Source: Stylophora pistillata (Eukaryota). Taken from it: DNA of 64,000 nucleotides. The translations under genes were made by a program, and so were the position numbers. Position 1 is the stretch's first letter. Each line of letters opens with the position of its first letter. The stretch lies in the NCBI RefSeq assembly GCF_002571385.2, contig NW_019218104.1, forward strand, positions 216,511 through 280,510, in the 5' to 3' direction. Below are positions 61,680-64,000 of the stretch, in pieces. The notes under the pieces were generated by a model. The model saw only the letters and a list, made by a program, of their open reading frames with translations, ran no database searches and was not told the DNA's origin.

Positions 61680-61798
61680 TTTGCCAAACTGATCTGAGGA
61701 CCAAAGGTTATCTCTTATATAATTACGGACGAAATCTGATTGCATTTTAACTTGACACAAAAGGCTTAAATTACCATAACTTGTACGTGTGAACCGCC

Positions 61799-64000
61799 AT
61801 GGATCAAGAAAGAAAGCAACCAAAGACAGAGGGTCGCTTTCCAAACCTCGTCCGATTCATATTTTGCACGGCATGTGTTGTTTTCTTCTTGTCGTGCTTG
61901 GCTTTCTTAGTTTTGGAAAACGTTCAAATGAAGCCGGAGATTAACTTTGATCGAGGAGAGGATGGTCACGGCAGAGACAATCAAGAAGTTCTGTGCGACA
62001 ATCCGAAGGCAGAGTGATACAGATGAAAGAGCTGATGCTAAAACTTTGCTCTCAAGAAGAAGGAAATCGTTGGCCTTGAGTCTAGAGAGTCTCGAGAAAC
62101 GATTGAAAGTTCTAGAATTAAGGTGTGATCACTTTCTATGTCAAAGTTGTCGTTTTTATAAGAAATCAGAAACCAAAAGATGTCGTAAGGTTGACTGGTA
62201 ATGTTGACATCAAAGAGTCATGAATCGGAACATGTGAGTTTTAAACTGGCCTTGTTAAGTTCAGGAGACCTTTGTCTCCTGATAAAAAGGGAGAATATAA
62301 CCGATCACCTGCTTTGTTTGAAGATTCTATCGAAAGATGTGAAAGTGAAGAATCTTCTGGCATGTTATTATTAAGGCAGTGATCATATTACGGTCCCTAA
62401 ATGGCACACTCGCGTTTGGAATTCAAAGTTGGTGTGGAATTTTCTTTTTTCAGGAAAATCAAGGAAAACAAGGCTTCTCCCATGGACTTGACCCAGATAC
62501 CCGAAGTATTGCGAGGTGATCTGTGATGCAACTGTAAAGAGATTATTCATCTACTTGTCTGTTATATAATTACTCACGTTCAGTTACTCATTGATTGAAG
62601 ATGGCATAAGCATGCCAAAACATGTCTTTAAAAAAAGTTGTATATTCTTACAATAAAGGGAAGTGATGGTAAAAAAAAAAAATTAAATCGCATTTTGCAT
62701 TGTTATCAGTTGATGAGCACTACCGCCGATTCTAGAGACAGTAGTGTAAAATTTTACTGAAAAACAAACCATCTCTCTCCAGGGTCATACATCTCGCACG
62801 GATGAAAAAGGGCTCGTACTTGGTGATATCATTGCCTAACACGTATAAGCTTTTATTCGTTTTATGAAATTGAGCGGCTTATCATCGAAATTTTATTTCT
62901 CACAGGTCGAGATGGTCGGGACGGTAGGAATGGTCCCGCGGGCCCTCCTGGACCTCCAGGGACACCAGGGCTACCAGGGACACCAGGAATACCAGGTTGG
63001 AGAGCTACAAAACCGCAACTTATTTTTTTTCCTTGCGGCACGGAAATGTTCTTCCAGGGAATCACCTAAAATATCATCATTTTCCAATATAAGTCTGGTT
63101 AAGGTTTATTTACCCACATGTTGTGTCTTTTTAGTCAGAATTTTTTCACCAAAAGATAAAGGAGCGAGTTCTTTCTTTCCTTCACATTTGCCATTGCAGC
63201 CTCCCGTTTGAAGTATTTTATCCCCTAGGTTTTAGTGGTAATAAAGGCAGAACACAAGGCCCACCAGGACCGAAAGGCACTGTAAATGTTCGTAAATATT
63301 CGTAGATATTGATGAAGTCACATTACGATAATTACAGTGTAAAGAGCTGTGTTCTGTTACTGGCAATTTTTTTCATAATGTACAGGAGATCCTGGACCTC
63401 AAGGACAAAAGGGACAAAGAGGACAGGGGCTGTCTGGAGTCAGTTACGTGCGCTGGGGCCGGACAAGTTGTGATGGAGATGCTCAGGTCATGTACTCAGG
63501 TGATTAAGTATTTTATTACTAAGACCTAAATTGTTACGATTTAAACTGGTCTATTCAGTTTTACAGCCGAATCTCTCTTTCGTTACCGAGATCATCTTTA
63601 TTGTCTGAGAATGAGACTGATATATTTTGAGGGTACTTGACTTGGAAGCACCAGTATCATAATTGTATTCTAAGCATACATAAGACACGACTATGCATTT
63701 AAGTTTCATTTTTGAAATAGATGTAGTATTGGTGGTGAGGGCTTACTGGCCGATTAATAGCAGATAGAATAACCATTTATAGGTTAGTGGTATGATAAAC
63801 AATCTGTTTTCTGAGTAGAATGTTTGTTGACTCAGTGTTGTTTTAAATTTGTTAACTTCTAATTTTCTTTCCAATTTAGTTCATAGACACTATGCAGTTT
63901 GCTCGAAGCTTTCGCGTTTCAAATCAATTCAAATCTTTTTCAGGTTTCGTGGGGAGTGGTCACCATAATCACCAAGGAGGAGGAGGAAATCATATATGCC
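61799..64000 (+). pseudogene. Short-chain collagen copy 2 (tandem paralog), +1 frameshift in exon 1, cut by the window end
   Basis: Exons 61799-62122, 62454-62515, 62906-62995, 63229-63276, 63386-63499, 63944->64000; extra C at 61934-61935 relative to copy 1; exon 4 donor is GC. Confidence 0.65.

Overview
AT-rich, intron-containing animal genomic DNA with scaffold N gaps. The gene content and repeat families suggest a cnidarian, probably a stony coral (inference). Genes, left to right: SNX20/21-like sorting nexin (+, 3 exons); Integrator subunit INTS8 (-, ~19.5 kb, with a clear U12-type minor intron); LSM14/RAP55 (+, head-to-head with INTS8); SS18/SS18L1-like (-, 6 exons); a two-exon NLR immune receptor with HEPN (DZIP3-like)-coiled coil-NACHT-LRR architecture (-); a PIF/Harbinger transposon with intact Myb/SANT and DDE transposase ORFs; and two tandem type II membrane short-chain-collagen (C4-like) genes, the second frameshifted and cut by the window end. 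Introns and intergenic DNA hold many fold-back MITEs (Kolobok-, piggyBac-, AcademH- and ISL2EU-like by termini and TSD), tRNA-derived SINEs, LINE fragments (CR1, L2, RTE) and Penelope-like fragments carrying minimal hammerhead-ribozyme motifs. The best candidate for a little-described system is the NLR: its HEPN RNase motif is intact, but three canonical NACHT nucleotide motifs are degenerate. No true tRNA, rRNA or CRISPR array was found. All family assignments are from recognition of motifs, not from database searches.
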